This document shows, in pieces, positions 46,194-57,047 of a stretch of DNA of 64,000 nt. Numbering within the stretch: the stretch's first letter is position 1; every line of letters begins with the position of its first letter. The notes beneath the pieces were generated by a model that made no database searches, was not told where the DNA came from, and saw only the letters and a list, made by a program, of their open reading frames with translations. The stretch is from Rhodospirillaceae bacterium (GTDB lineage Bacteria > Pseudomonadota > Alphaproteobacteria > Thalassobaculales > Thalassobaculaceae), in assembly GCA_002722775.1 (NCBI GenBank), contig PBMU01000004.1, positions 48,224-112,223 of the forward strand, read 5' to 3'. The translations under genes and the position numbers were made by a program.

Positions 46194-46894
46194 TGTTACG
46201 TTTTGATATGTCTGGGAAATTAATTGAACCCAGCAGACTGAAAAAGACTATTGGTGGTAATATTGACCGTGATGGACTTCCTGCAAAAATTGACATACCT
46301 ACTACTGATGACTGGACAGGTGTTACCATTGCAGATAATGTCGACGGAGCATTAGGAAAAGTTCTATCGCGCACTACATTAGGTAAGATTGCTGTACGTA
46401 ATTCTCAAGCAAATTTAATTACTAGTAATGTGGAAGCGCTACATCTAAAGGCACGAGTAATAGGTGGAGGCTCTAATGCTACATCTGGACAAACAACCAG
46501 AAGGTTTCGTTTTGGCTTTATTCATCCTACTGTTGGCAATGAAGGCGCATATGTAGAATACCTTCCGCCAGCCTATGGGGAACTGGAAGGGTCTTCTATG
46601 GTAGGAATAGCTGGGAATGTAAAAACAAGAAAACCGATTAATTACACTGTTAATAACCCTGGTGAGCACTACGCTTTGGATTTATGGGTTAGTTACAATC
46701 GTGCTGATAGTAGATGGTATATAACACTAATGGAAGGCGAGCAAGTTCGCACTCAGTACCCATTCTCATCTACAGAGCTGTCATTGTACAACAGGTACTT
46801 AATTCCATTTATAGAATGGGAGTGGGAAGATGCCAGTGGAGCAATAGATGTTACGGTGTGCCAGTTTGAGCATACAGTATATTGGCGGTTTTAA
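46193..46894 (+). CDS. Second copy of the 233-aa virion protein (548..1249)
   Basis: Identical translation. Confidence 0.7.
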   Translation: MLRFDMSGKLIEPSRLKKTIGGNIDRDGLPAKIDIPTTDDWTGVTIADNVDGALGKVLSRTTLGKIAVRNSQANLITSNVEALHLKARVIGGGSNATSGQTTRRFRFGFIHPTVGNEGAYVEYLPPAYGELEGSSMVGIAGNVKTRKPINYTVNNPGEHYALDLWVSYNRADSRWYITLMEGEQVRTQYPFSSTELSLYNRYLIPFIEWEWEDASGAIDVTVCQFEHTVYWRF

Positions 46895-46942
46895 GTGTAC
46901 TACTTATAGTGCATCATTATTAATATCTAGGAGATTACTATT

Positions 46943-48799
46943 ATGGCTTTCGTAGTCACTGCAAAATCACAAACGTCTGTTGCTTCTGGGGAATATCACA
47001 CACTGGAAATGGCAGTAATCGAACATGACTATCCACTAGCTTCCGTGCTATGGGAGCATGTCAGGGGGCCTCGTGCTAACATTGGCAATGCTACAAACTA
47101 CAGCAGTAAGCAGCGTGCTCCACGGGTAGGCTCGGACTCAGTAGTGCAATTCCGTGTGACAGTAACAGATTCACAAGGCAATGAAGCTACTGCTACTACC
47201 AGCATCTCAGTACTAGCAGAAGGATTTAATCCTAAGCGCCTGGAGCTGATTGGCAAGGATGTTAATGGTGGTGTGTCCATTTGGTCTTATACTACTGTTA
47301 ACTCCTTTGCCCAAATTACTGAAGCTTCGTACTGGAAAGACGCCGTAGGACTGGAAGATAACGATATCATTCGAGTAGTATGTGCAGACGGGACAAGAGA
47401 GCTGACAGTGTCAGGTAATGCTGTTAGTGCTGTTCCTTTGCAGAAGTACGCTGGTAATGACCTTAACCTTAACATTGCAAAATTGCTAGCAACAGACCTG
47501 CAACCAATATGGGACAGGTCGCAGTTTGACACTGCTATTGCGTCAGGTAGCTGCACTGTTACTTTTGTCGGGACCTCTATAGCTGTAGGTACAGCAGAGA
47601 ACGAAAATAGTAATACATGGGTAAACAGATTCAAGCAGTACATGGAATACAAATACCCTGCGGTAGATTTTACGTGGCATAACTTAGGACTAGGTGGTCG
47701 TAATCTTGTTAATTACAACAATGCATCCTTCTTAGGCATGGCTAGTGAGCCTTCTGACACTGCAAGTGGTTACTATGTCGCTGCTAATCCTGATACATGG
47801 CCTAGTGGCTCAACCGTAGGTCAGTCGTGGAAGGATGCAGCAGAAGCTACTGCTCCTGATTTGTTCGTACTAGCGCATGGCATGAATGACCGTGACCATC
47901 CGTATATCTACCAGAACTATCTAAACAATGCCATTAATGATGCGCTGGGATGGGCTACTACACCAAGCATTTTATTGGTTACTGAAATGTTACCAAAATC
48001 CGACTTTGATGGATTCTCTCAAATTAGCCGACTCAGTGACTATATACGATGGTATGCGATGTATAATGGCTACGGCCTACTAGATGTAGGAAGAGCGTGG
48101 AGAGCAGTACGGTACAATGTAGACCCAATTAAAACTGTTGCGCAGCGTCAGGCATCTATAGCACTGTGGACACAGTCAGGAGACCCAAGTGTACTGACAG
48201 ACGATTCTATGACTGTAGCTACAGGCACTAATGGTGTAATTACTAAAGAAGGAGCTTATGCCGGAGCTAGATTCGCATTTACATTCACACCAATCACAAA
48301 TCAGGCAGACTGGCTAATACAAACGGCGGTGTATACAGGCGACCCAGACAATGGCTGCATACATATAGAGCGCATTGGAAGCACCATAAGCATCAAAAAG
48401 CGGCCTATAGCTGCTGCTGAAATAACGTTTGCAACGACAGCGCCCGTAGCATCTACCCCGGAGGTGTGGGATGTTCGTATTAACAGAGTATGGATTGCAA
48501 TCTATCGTGACGGTGCGCTAGTGGGTAAATTTGTACACAAGCAAACTGACACGGTTGGTAATGTATCCTTTGGTCTTAATACTGCGGCTGCTACTAACAT
48601 TGTCTGCGACTTGGAAGAGCAAGCAACTCCATTTGCAGCGCAATTAGCAGATGATAGCTTCTTGCTGGGAGGGCCAGAGCAGGGCGACTGGCAGAAGGGA
48701 AACCACTCAGTCGGGGGCAATTCACTGAACCATCCGTCAAGATTGGCAGTAGCAAACGTGTTTGACCCAGTAATACGTGATTGGGTTGCTAAACTCTGA
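46943..48799 (+). CDS. Second copy of tailspike-like protein 2 with SGNH-like domain (1298..3154)
   Basis: Identical translation. Confidence 0.6.
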   Translation: MAFVVTAKSQTSVASGEYHTLEMAVIEHDYPLASVLWEHVRGPRANIGNATNYSSKQRAPRVGSDSVVQFRVTVTDSQGNEATATTSISVLAEGFNPKRLELIGKDVNGGVSIWSYTTVNSFAQITEASYWKDAVGLEDNDIIRVVCADGTRELTVSGNAVSAVPLQKYAGNDLNLNIAKLLATDLQPIWDRSQFDTAIASGSCTVTFVGTSIAVGTAENENSNTWVNRFKQYMEYKYPAVDFTWHNLGLGGRNLVNYNNASFLGMASEPSDTASGYYVAANPDTWPSGSTVGQSWKDAAEATAPDLFVLAHGMNDRDHPYIYQNYLNNAINDALGWATTPSILLVTEMLPKSDFDGFSQISRLSDYIRWYAMYNGYGLLDVGRAWRAVRYNVDPIKTVAQRQASIALWTQSGDPSVLTDDSMTVATGTNGVITKEGAYAGARFAFTFTPITNQADWLIQTAVYTGDPDNGCIHIERIGSTISIKKRPIAAAEITFATTAPVASTPEVWDVRINRVWIAIYRDGALVGKFVHKQTDTVGNVSFGLNTAAATNIVCDLEEQATPFAAQLADDSFLLGGPEQGDWQKGNHSVGGNSLNHPSRLAVANVFDPVIRDWVAKL

Positions 48800-48874
48800 T
48801 AACACCGAAGCCCTCTACTATGGGGGCTACGCTCAACCCATTGCATACCACTACCAATAAGAATAGGAGATACC

Positions 48875-49339
48875 ATGTCTAACGCACAAGAACACACGCC
48901 ACATAGCCAGTCAGGCGACCGGACTACTAGCATTGTTATTAAGGAGGGAATAATGCAGGTGTTTGTGATAGCAGTAGGGGCTATCATAGCTACGGGCATT
49001 AGTACTGTCTGGGCTACTAAGTTAGCAGACTATAAGATTGAAGAGTTGCGGTCAGATTTTGAAGCAAGATTCAAAGCACAACTACACTTCAACACTGAGA
49101 CTACTGCAGCGGTACATGTACTACAACTTCAGGGAGCGCGCCAAGATTTACTGAATGAGACTGAGGCAAGACTACTGGAACGGATTCGTTCTCAGACTGA
49201 CGACCGTTATACTGCGGGACAGGCAGACAAAGACCTCAAAGCTGTCGGTGACCGTATAGCAACACTGGAAGCTAGTGTTCAAGCTATGCGGGAATACATA
49301 GTAGCAGCAAGGAGAAAAGAAAGTGCTAAAGACAATTAA
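48875..49339 (+). CDS. Second copy of the membrane-anchored coiled-coil protein (3230..3694)
   Basis: Identical translation. Alternative start at 48953. Confidence 0.65.
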   Translation: MSNAQEHTPHSQSGDRTTSIVIKEGIMQVFVIAVGAIIATGISTVWATKLADYKIEELRSDFEARFKAQLHFNTETTAAVHVLQLQGARQDLLNETEARLLERIRSQTDDRYTAGQADKDLKAVGDRIATLEASVQAMREYIVAARRKESAKDN

Positions 49340-51059
49340 ACTTGGCGTAAAGCCTACTACTGTACTGGAGCGTACGCAGGTTGATGATGGTGACATCCAA
49401 TCTGTGTACAACCAGTTGCAGGATACTGATATGCCCCGAGTACTGTATCACCAGAATACACTCAGTACTTTTCGGGGTATTCGCAGTTCTAGTATCTTTG
49501 ATTCTGAAGTGCAAGTGCCTATCCTGGATGATAATGACCTTACAGTACTACTGGAATTCGGTCCTAGTACAGAGCTGACTAGTGTCATAGATGTGCAGGG
49601 TAACGTGTGGTATATGCTGTTGGATAAGAAGGATGACCTTGGTAGTACAGATGTCTATCTGCGTAATACTGCCTCTGGTAATCAGTTCAAACTGGCATTC
49701 ACAATATACACACCTAACCTCTACGAGTTCAGTTTTGCCACAGTATTCCAGAACCGTACGATGTTTGTAGCACTACCTGGAGCTGTATTCTATGGAACTA
49801 CTAGTAGAGTGCAACATCCTAATGCTGGCTCAGGGGATGTGCCACCGGGACAATTCTTCGATTACGATATGGTAACAGGTGAGATTACTCGCTACGACCT
49901 CTACGGAATCGGTACCAGTGTACTGGCTGCTACTCAGGTTGTATCCAGCTACCAGAACTACATGTTACTCTTTACCCGCAATCGACTTTATTGGAGTAGT
50001 CCGATTGACCCGTATGATTTTACGCCTGCTGATAATGCTGGTGGGTCCACTGCTATTGCTGAATTGCGTGGTGATATCCTTGCGGTACTTCCTAGTGCCA
50101 GTGGTTTCCTGATATACTGTCGGGATAACATTGTCTTAGGTCGGTACACTGGAAGCACTGCGTCGCCGTTTACATTCACCGAAGTTAAGAATAGTACTGG
50201 ACTGGTAATGCAAGGTAACGAGCCTCTGATTGTGCGCTCGGAGACTAGTGCAGTTCACTATGCCGTGTTAGTAGGCGGACTATCCGCTGTGACAGAGTCC
50301 GAAGTAACACCACTGCCTTCCAATATTAGTACATTCATAGAGAATAACTATGAAGAGTGGCGAGTGGAGGATACGTGCCGTATTATGCAGATTAATACTA
50401 ATGCCAATCCGGAGACTAATAGACTCAAGATTCGCAGACTGTATGCGTATGGTACTAAACTATTCATCCTCACTAATCCTAGTGATGGACGTGACGGTAG
50501 GCTGTATATCTACGACTTCGCGGATAATGGTATTGGACTGGTGGTTGGGGACATTATTGGCCTGACACCTCGTATTACTGATAAGAATGCTACTGCAGAC
50601 CTATTCCTACAGACTAAGGCTAGTGCAGTACCTGCATCCTTCCTAATACTGCGTCAGATTGTCAATGATGCTAGCTTCGATGTATTGAGTTTTGCTACTA
50701 AAGCGGATACAGAAATACTGACAGGTACTCGTGAGTATGATATGTCAGAGTTTGTAGTAGGAGATATATCCTTGCATGCTGGTAGAGCTACCATACTGGA
50801 TAGCATCAAGCTGATTGGTAAGACCGACCGGTATGATAAAGATGATGCCAATTATGACGCAAACTCTACCACCAGAGCACGTGTCTTTGGCTACTGCGCT
50901 AACTACAGTGAAGATGCACTACTGGAATTCCTGTATAATCCATTAGATGACCGCTACTATGGACGCCTGGAAGGTGATGATATTCGCATTCTGGTACAGG
51001 GTAATTACTTTGATATCACTGCTATCGAAGCTCGTGTTGATAGTGGTATTCTCGTTTAG
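49323..51059 (+). CDS. Second copy of the 578-aa tail protein (3678..5414)
   Basis: Identical translation. Confidence 0.5.
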   Translation: MLKTIKLGVKPTTVLERTQVDDGDIQSVYNQLQDTDMPRVLYHQNTLSTFRGIRSSSIFDSEVQVPILDDNDLTVLLEFGPSTELTSVIDVQGNVWYMLLDKKDDLGSTDVYLRNTASGNQFKLAFTIYTPNLYEFSFATVFQNRTMFVALPGAVFYGTTSRVQHPNAGSGDVPPGQFFDYDMVTGEITRYDLYGIGTSVLAATQVVSSYQNYMLLFTRNRLYWSSPIDPYDFTPADNAGGSTAIAELRGDILAVLPSASGFLIYCRDNIVLGRYTGSTASPFTFTEVKNSTGLVMQGNEPLIVRSETSAVHYAVLVGGLSAVTESEVTPLPSNISTFIENNYEEWRVEDTCRIMQINTNANPETNRLKIRRLYAYGTKLFILTNPSDGRDGRLYIYDFADNGIGLVVGDIIGLTPRITDKNATADLFLQTKASAVPASFLILRQIVNDASFDVLSFATKADTEILTGTREYDMSEFVVGDISLHAGRATILDSIKLIGKTDRYDKDDANYDANSTTRARVFGYCANYSEDALLEFLYNPLDDRYYGRLEGDDIRILVQGNYFDITAIEARVDSGILV

Positions 51060-51067
51060 GAACTATT

Positions 51068-54000
51068 ATGGCTTATGACCTGACATTGATTCCTCTTAAT
51101 GCTGCGTTGCCGTTTGATTATAATAATGCACGGCCTCAGCTACAAGAGTTATGGACTAAGACTGCTCTGCTGAGGGAGACTACTGCCAAGGCATTGGAGG
51201 AACTGGATGCGCAGATTCAGCAAGATATTGGTACTGCCATTGCAGGTCTGCGGCAGGACCTAGACACACTAGAGGGAGAGTATGATGCTTATGTTATTGC
51301 GAATGACCAAGCACTAGCAGCCCTTTCTACGAGTGTAGATTCACGATTCCAGACTAGCAATGGACGCCTTGATGCCGCCGAGACTAGATTGGATAGTGCA
51401 GAAGGACGTCTAGATGTTGTGGAGCCACTGCTTGGTACTGTGAACACACGCAGTAATACCAATCTGCAGAGCATCAATACCATCAATCAGACACTGACAA
51501 CTCACACAGGTCTACTGTCTGGGCTTCGCAGTGATGTGGATACTAATACTGGTGATATCAGTACGCTGAATGGTCAGGTAGCCAACATAATCAATACCAG
51601 TATCCCAGGCATCAATGGTCAGCTCGCAGGACTGCGTACTGATACGGATGCTAATACCAGTGACCTAGGCAACCTCAACACCGTAGTACTACCAGGCCTA
51701 CAGCAGGACTTAGTAGATTTGAATAACGACCTAATAGTCTTGGATGGTGACCTTGATACGCTCAACACTGTCACGTTGCCCGGACTTCAGCAGGATTTGC
51801 AGACTCTTGATACTACTTTGCAGGGAGTAGATGATGATTTAGACGCTGCAGAGCTTATACTGGCAGGGTTGAATGATGACCTTACTAACCTGAACACTGT
51901 AATATTACCACAAGTCCAACAAGACTTACAGGACGCTGAGGATGATATAGCATACCTCAACGGTACTACATTGCCACAGGTGCAGCAAGACTTGTCAGAT
52001 GCACAGGCAGATATTAGTACTCTTAATACTGTCACACTGCCACAAGTACAGCAGGACCTGCAAGACGCAGAAGATGACATAGCGACCCTTAATAATACTA
52101 CATTACCTGCTGTCAATAGTAGACTTGATACTGTTGAATCGGACCTGAATACATTAAATACTGTCACATTGCCTGACCTAGCAGATGACTTGCAACTTGT
52201 AGATGATGCAGTAGTAGATATCAATACCAACACTATTCCAGCAGTACAGTTGGCTGTTGATACTGTGGAGCAGGAGCTGGATGCAGTACAAGGTTTGTTC
52301 CCTGTAGAGGCTGTTAATATTGCCCCTAAAGCGATTACTACTGCTAAAATTGCTGATGGAGCAGTTAATGCGCTACAGGTGGCCACAGGTGCAATAGAGG
52401 CCAACGGTCTAGCAGAAGGCGCAGTAACATCGGTTAAGATAGCCCTAAACGCGGTTACTAATGATGCTATTGCAGACGGAGCAGTGGGTACAGGGCAACT
52501 GGCATCCGGAGCAGTAACAGCAGGACAGTTGGCTTCTAGTGCAGTGACTGCTGCCAAGCTTGCGACTAATTCTGTAATTACCAGTAAGATTGCAGAGAAT
52601 GCTATCACTAGCGCACTTATTGCTACTAATGCTGTGACTAATGATGCTATTGCAGACGGTGCAGTAGGAGCTTCACAGATAATAGCAAATGCTGTAGGAA
52701 CAGCGGCTCTGGCCAATGGAGCTGTGAATGCTTCAATATTAGCCAATGATGCCGTAACTGCTGCTAAAATTGCAGACGCTGCTATAGAGGCAGACAAGAT
52801 AGCGTTAGGCGCAGTCACGGAAACTAAGATTTCTAACGGTGCTATTACTACTCCTAAGATTGTAGCAGGTGCTATCACAACAGGTCTTATTTCTGCAGGT
52901 GCAGTTACCACTAGTCTTATCGCATCAGAAGCTATTACGTCAGGACTAATCGCCAGTAATGCTGTGATATCAGACCATATTCTGTCAGGAGCAATAACTG
53001 CTGGTAAAATTGGAGCAGACGCCGTAACAGCAGTAAACATTGCTGCAAATGCAGTAGAGGCGGGTGCTATTAAAGCTGGTGCGGTCACAGCGAATGCTAT
53101 AGCTACCAATGCAGTAACATCGAATAAGATAACTGCCAACGCAGTGACTTCTGCGAAGATTATAGCTAATGCTATTACTGCTGGCAAGATTGCTACTAAC
53201 GCAGTAACTGCAGGTAAGATTGATGCGGGTGCTGTAAGTACTGCCAATCTTCAAGCCTTGGCTATTACGTCGGAAAAAATAGCGGCAGGTGCTGTGAGCG
53301 CTGGTAAAATTGCTGCACGTTCTATTGCTGCGGACCGTATAGCCACGAACGCCCTGACTGCCAACGAGATTGCGTCTAATGCTATTACTGCTAATGAACT
53401 GGCTGCTAATTCTGTCAGCGCAGATAAGATTACCTCCAATGCTATTACAAGTGCCAAGATAGCGGCAGAGGCAATAACTGCGGGTAAGATAGCAGCGAAT
53501 GCAGTAGGTGCCAATGAGATAGCAGCGAATACCATATCAGCAGGTCATATAACAAGTGACGCTGTTACTGCAGATAAGCTTGCTGCCAACTCTGTAAGTG
53601 CAGACAACATAGTAGCTAACTCTATCACAGGGTCTAAGCTAGTAGCGGAGACTATTACTGGAGCTCATATCGCAGCTAATGCTGTTAGCACTGGACATTT
53701 AACAGCTAATTCTGTAGGAGCCGACCAGCTTGCGGCCAACTCTATAACGGCAGGGAAGATAGTAGCAGGGACAATTACTGGTAATGAATTAGCGTTCCGT
53801 TCCATCGGAGCAGATAGAATAGTAGCCAACTCTATCGGAGCTGATGAAATTGCAGCTAATTCTATTGGGGCAGGCCAAATAGTGGCGAACTCTATAGGGG
53901 CAGGACAGATTGCAGCTAATAGTATTGGTGCGGGACAGATAGTAGCAAACTCCATTGGCACAGGCCAGCTAGCAGCTAATAGTGTAGGAACTGACCAACT

Positions 54001-55234
54001 AGTGGCTAACTCTATCACTGCAGGTTTCTTGGCTATCAGAGACTTTGAGAACTTTGCCGCTGGCAGTGACTTTGCAGACCCTAATGACCAACCATGGACA
54101 GGACTATCAGCAGCTAATGCATCTATTGGATATGATGCTAATGTAGCCCAGAATGTACTGATTTGTTATCCTGTAAGTCCTTATAATAAGCGCCGTATAT
54201 ATCTCAACAATGATATGGCAGTGCAGACAGGAGATAAAATACGTATCGAGTTCGATTACTGGGCCTCTAGTGACTACAATGGTACTGCTGGTAGCGGTAA
54301 ATTCAGAATAGGGGACGCCTTAGATAATGAGGCCTTTGTAACTGCCTTTGCCTTTACTGCTGGCGGAGGCTGGAAGAATGAGAGTCATATCATCACAGCA
54401 GCACTCACTACTAGATTCGTATTTCAACTATGGGTAGACCACTCTGTAGGAACACTGGTAATTACTAATATCCGTATCCGTAAGATGAAGGATGCTAATC
54501 TGATTGTAGATGGGGCTATTAGTGCTAGCAAACTTACTGCTGATGCTGTGGATGGTAAGCTAATACAGGGTGCTACACTACGCGGTGGTAAGGTAGAGAT
54601 AATAGGAAGTATTATGATTGTGCAGAATAGTACTCCTTTTGGGCCTGACTCACTAATAGAGTGGAAAGGTCCTGCTATTCTTACTGGAGGGGCCCCCAAC
54701 TATGGCGCTCTTACTAAGGCTAATGCTACTATATCATGGTTGGACAACGCGGGAAATTCTTACTTCGGAGGGAATCTCTCGGCAGGAATCTTACGAAATG
54801 CGGCACGCTCTACTAGCAAAGCTCTTAACGTATCTGTGGAGGCTGGCCCTTTCTCTACCAATGGTGGCAGTAAAACTGTTGTATGGGGATGTGTATGGGC
54901 AGGCTACTACAGTGATTCCACGTCAGGGTCAGATAGTACAAGTACAGTAGCTGGAGGTACAGTAACCTTGTATCGCAGACTGAATGGTGGTTCTAGAGTT
55001 CAGCTAGATACAAAGAATATTAATACTACTCTAACTACTACAGTAATCCAAGACCCTGAAGTAGGAACTACAAAGACTTTGTATGAGGATGGAGGTGCTA
55101 CATTTACATTCACAGATACTAATACTAGTACGCAGGACTTCACGTACGAAGTAGAAGTTACTAACCAGTTTAGACATCTAGCATTACAGTTTATTACTGG
55201 TCAAACTACCACAGTTATATCAACCGAGGAATAA
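51068..55234 (+). CDS. Second copy of the 1388-aa tail fibre (5423..9589)
   Basis: Identical translation. The decapeptide array lies at 52310..54019. Confidence 0.8.
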   Translation: MAYDLTLIPLNAALPFDYNNARPQLQELWTKTALLRETTAKALEELDAQIQQDIGTAIAGLRQDLDTLEGEYDAYVIANDQALAALSTSVDSRFQTSNGRLDAAETRLDSAEGRLDVVEPLLGTVNTRSNTNLQSINTINQTLTTHTGLLSGLRSDVDTNTGDISTLNGQVANIINTSIPGINGQLAGLRTDTDANTSDLGNLNTVVLPGLQQDLVDLNNDLIVLDGDLDTLNTVTLPGLQQDLQTLDTTLQGVDDDLDAAELILAGLNDDLTNLNTVILPQVQQDLQDAEDDIAYLNGTTLPQVQQDLSDAQADISTLNTVTLPQVQQDLQDAEDDIATLNNTTLPAVNSRLDTVESDLNTLNTVTLPDLADDLQLVDDAVVDINTNTIPAVQLAVDTVEQELDAVQGLFPVEAVNIAPKAITTAKIADGAVNALQVATGAIEANGLAEGAVTSVKIALNAVTNDAIADGAVGTGQLASGAVTAGQLASSAVTAAKLATNSVITSKIAENAITSALIATNAVTNDAIADGAVGASQIIANAVGTAALANGAVNASILANDAVTAAKIADAAIEADKIALGAVTETKISNGAITTPKIVAGAITTGLISAGAVTTSLIASEAITSGLIASNAVISDHILSGAITAGKIGADAVTAVNIAANAVEAGAIKAGAVTANAIATNAVTSNKITANAVTSAKIIANAITAGKIATNAVTAGKIDAGAVSTANLQALAITSEKIAAGAVSAGKIAARSIAADRIATNALTANEIASNAITANELAANSVSADKITSNAITSAKIAAEAITAGKIAANAVGANEIAANTISAGHITSDAVTADKLAANSVSADNIVANSITGSKLVAETITGAHIAANAVSTGHLTANSVGADQLAANSITAGKIVAGTITGNELAFRSIGADRIVANSIGADEIAANSIGAGQIVANSIGAGQIAANSIGAGQIVANSIGTGQLAANSVGTDQLVANSITAGFLAIRDFENFAAGSDFADPNDQPWTGLSAANASIGYDANVAQNVLICYPVSPYNKRRIYLNNDMAVQTGDKIRIEFDYWASSDYNGTAGSGKFRIGDALDNEAFVTAFAFTAGGGWKNESHIITAALTTRFVFQLWVDHSVGTLVITNIRIRKMKDANLIVDGAISASKLTADAVDGKLIQGATLRGGKVEIIGSIMIVQNSTPFGPDSLIEWKGPAILTGGAPNYGALTKANATISWLDNAGNSYFGGNLSAGILRNAARSTSKALNVSVEAGPFSTNGGSKTVVWGCVWAGYYSDSTSGSDSTSTVAGGTVTLYRRLNGGSRVQLDTKNINTTLTTTVIQDPEVGTTKTLYEDGGATFTFTDTNTSTQDFTYEVEVTNQFRHLALQFITGQTTTVISTEE

Positions 55235-55238
55235 TATT

Positions 55239-55649
55239 ATGCCAAATATTGAACCTGCTCCAGAAACAGCAATTGCTACTAAGATACAGGCTACGGAAAA
55301 TGCCTCTGTCAAAGCACTGCAAGCGCTAGTCTCAGCTTTACCACAATCAGAATTACCGGTGGACCATTTCTTCAGTGATGGTCTTTACCTTCGCAAACTA
55401 ACACTTCCGCCCAAGGCATTGGCAGTGGGACGGGAGCACAAACACAATCACCTTGCAATAGTACTGAAGGGCCAAGTCGCCGTACACAGTAAGCAAGGAA
55501 CTGCATACTACTCAGCCCCCTACATACTCAATGTAATGGCTGGTGATAAGCGTGCAGTGTTTACTGTCACAGAGGTAGAATGGGTTACTATCCATGCTAC
55601 TGACCTGACTGACCCTGATGAAATTGTACGTACTCTAGCAGGAGAATAA
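55239..55649 (+). CDS. Second copy of the cupin-like protein (9594..10004)
   Basis: Identical translation. Confidence 0.45.
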   Translation: MPNIEPAPETAIATKIQATENASVKALQALVSALPQSELPVDHFFSDGLYLRKLTLPPKALAVGREHKHNHLAIVLKGQVAVHSKQGTAYYSAPYILNVMAGDKRAVFTVTEVEWVTIHATDLTDPDEIVRTLAGE

Positions 55650-55651
55650 TC

Positions 55652-57037
55652 ATGGCTTTTTATGCGACAGCAGCAGTAGGTGGAGCATTAGTAAATGGCG
55701 TATTTAGTAATGCAGCCAACAAGCGTACCAATGCAGCCAACAAAGATATAGCAGAGACTCCAACTCGTATCACTGGTATTGATGAATTACTCAGTGAGTT
55801 GGAGCGTTCTGCTGAACAGACTCAGTCTGCATCACTAAGTGAGTTTGTAAATCAGCAACAGAATGCTAGCAGCATTGGCTCAAGTACTACACAGAATGAT
55901 AGTGCTACTCAGAGTCAGGAACAGTCTCAGGTATCCTCACAGCAGGACCAGCAACAGACTACGGCCACCAGTGAGACAGGTACTACTGATTCCAGCACCA
56001 CAGGCTCACAGGCCACGGACCAGCAAACTAGCACTACAGGTACTACAACTGGTACTGTGCAGGGTAATGTGCAGCGTGGCTCTGACGTGGCTAATGCGTC
56101 ACTGGATGGTATTATTACTGAGCTTACACAGTCTAATCCCAATGTGCAGGCAGCAGTACAGAGCCTTATGCAGAGAGTACTGCGGGAAGGCCAAGGTGTT
56201 ATCAATGATAATCAGGCCAATACTGGTACCTTTGATAATACCACGTCAGTGCTTCTCCAGAACGACCTGAATACGAAGGCCGCCGAAGCTGGAGCATCAC
56301 TACAATTGCAGGAAGAGGCAGCGCAGCAGGAACGGTTACTGGCAGCGATTGGTGCTAGTCAGCAAGGTACAGAGACTACTACGCAATCTTCGCAAGAGGA
56401 GCAGGCGATTCAGGAAGCTCTGGCAGCACTCACTACGCAGCAGCAACAGACGCAGCAACAGACTGCCAATCAGGCGACTGAGACAGGTAATACTAGCACC
56501 ACTGGTTCTCAAACTGAGCAGGTGGCAAGTCAGTCTAATACTCAGGAGCAGACTAACCAGTCTACCAGTACCACTGACCAAGTGTCTACGGCTACCAACA
56601 CGGAGTCTACTGAGGATACAACTGCTTCTAGCTCAGAAAAGTCCAGCCAGTCTGAGACATCACTGAGTGACCAGTACCAGAATCCTAATGATTCTACACG
56701 TCCTGTGAGAGGTAGTGCATTGGGCGACTTAGTTAATACTGGACAGGTTACCATTGATAGTCTACTGGCAGCACAACCCAGCGCCGCAGGGACTACTCCA
56801 GTAGTAGGTACAGGTCCTAGTATTGGCGTCCCAGCTGGGGGAGGTATTGCAGGCATACTAGCGCAAATGGCACAGGGTACTCCGGGTGTTGCTATCGGCG
56901 GAGGCGCTGGTGGCGGCGTATCTGGAGGTGGTGGTTCTGCAGACTTTAGCGCATTGGCAACTGCACTGGCACAGAGTACTACCCCTAACAATCCAGCATT
57001 GGATATGCCACTGGACCCTACTAAGTCACCAATCTAA
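55652..57037 (+). CDS. Second copy of the Q/S/T-rich virion protein (10007..11392)
   Basis: Identical protein. Carries the single synonymous difference (GCA at 56426..56428 vs GCG at 10781..10783). Confidence 0.55.
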   Translation: MAFYATAAVGGALVNGVFSNAANKRTNAANKDIAETPTRITGIDELLSELERSAEQTQSASLSEFVNQQQNASSIGSSTTQNDSATQSQEQSQVSSQQDQQQTTATSETGTTDSSTTGSQATDQQTSTTGTTTGTVQGNVQRGSDVANASLDGIITELTQSNPNVQAAVQSLMQRVLREGQGVINDNQANTGTFDNTTSVLLQNDLNTKAAEAGASLQLQEEAAQQERLLAAIGASQQGTETTTQSSQEEQAIQEALAALTTQQQQTQQQTANQATETGNTSTTGSQTEQVASQSNTQEQTNQSTSTTDQVSTATNTESTEDTTASSSEKSSQSETSLSDQYQNPNDSTRPVRGSALGDLVNTGQVTIDSLLAAQPSAAGTTPVVGTGPSIGVPAGGGIAGILAQMAQGTPGVAIGGGAGGGVSGGGGSADFSALATALAQSTTPNNPALDMPLDPTKSPI

Positions 57038-57047
57038 GGAGTAATGT

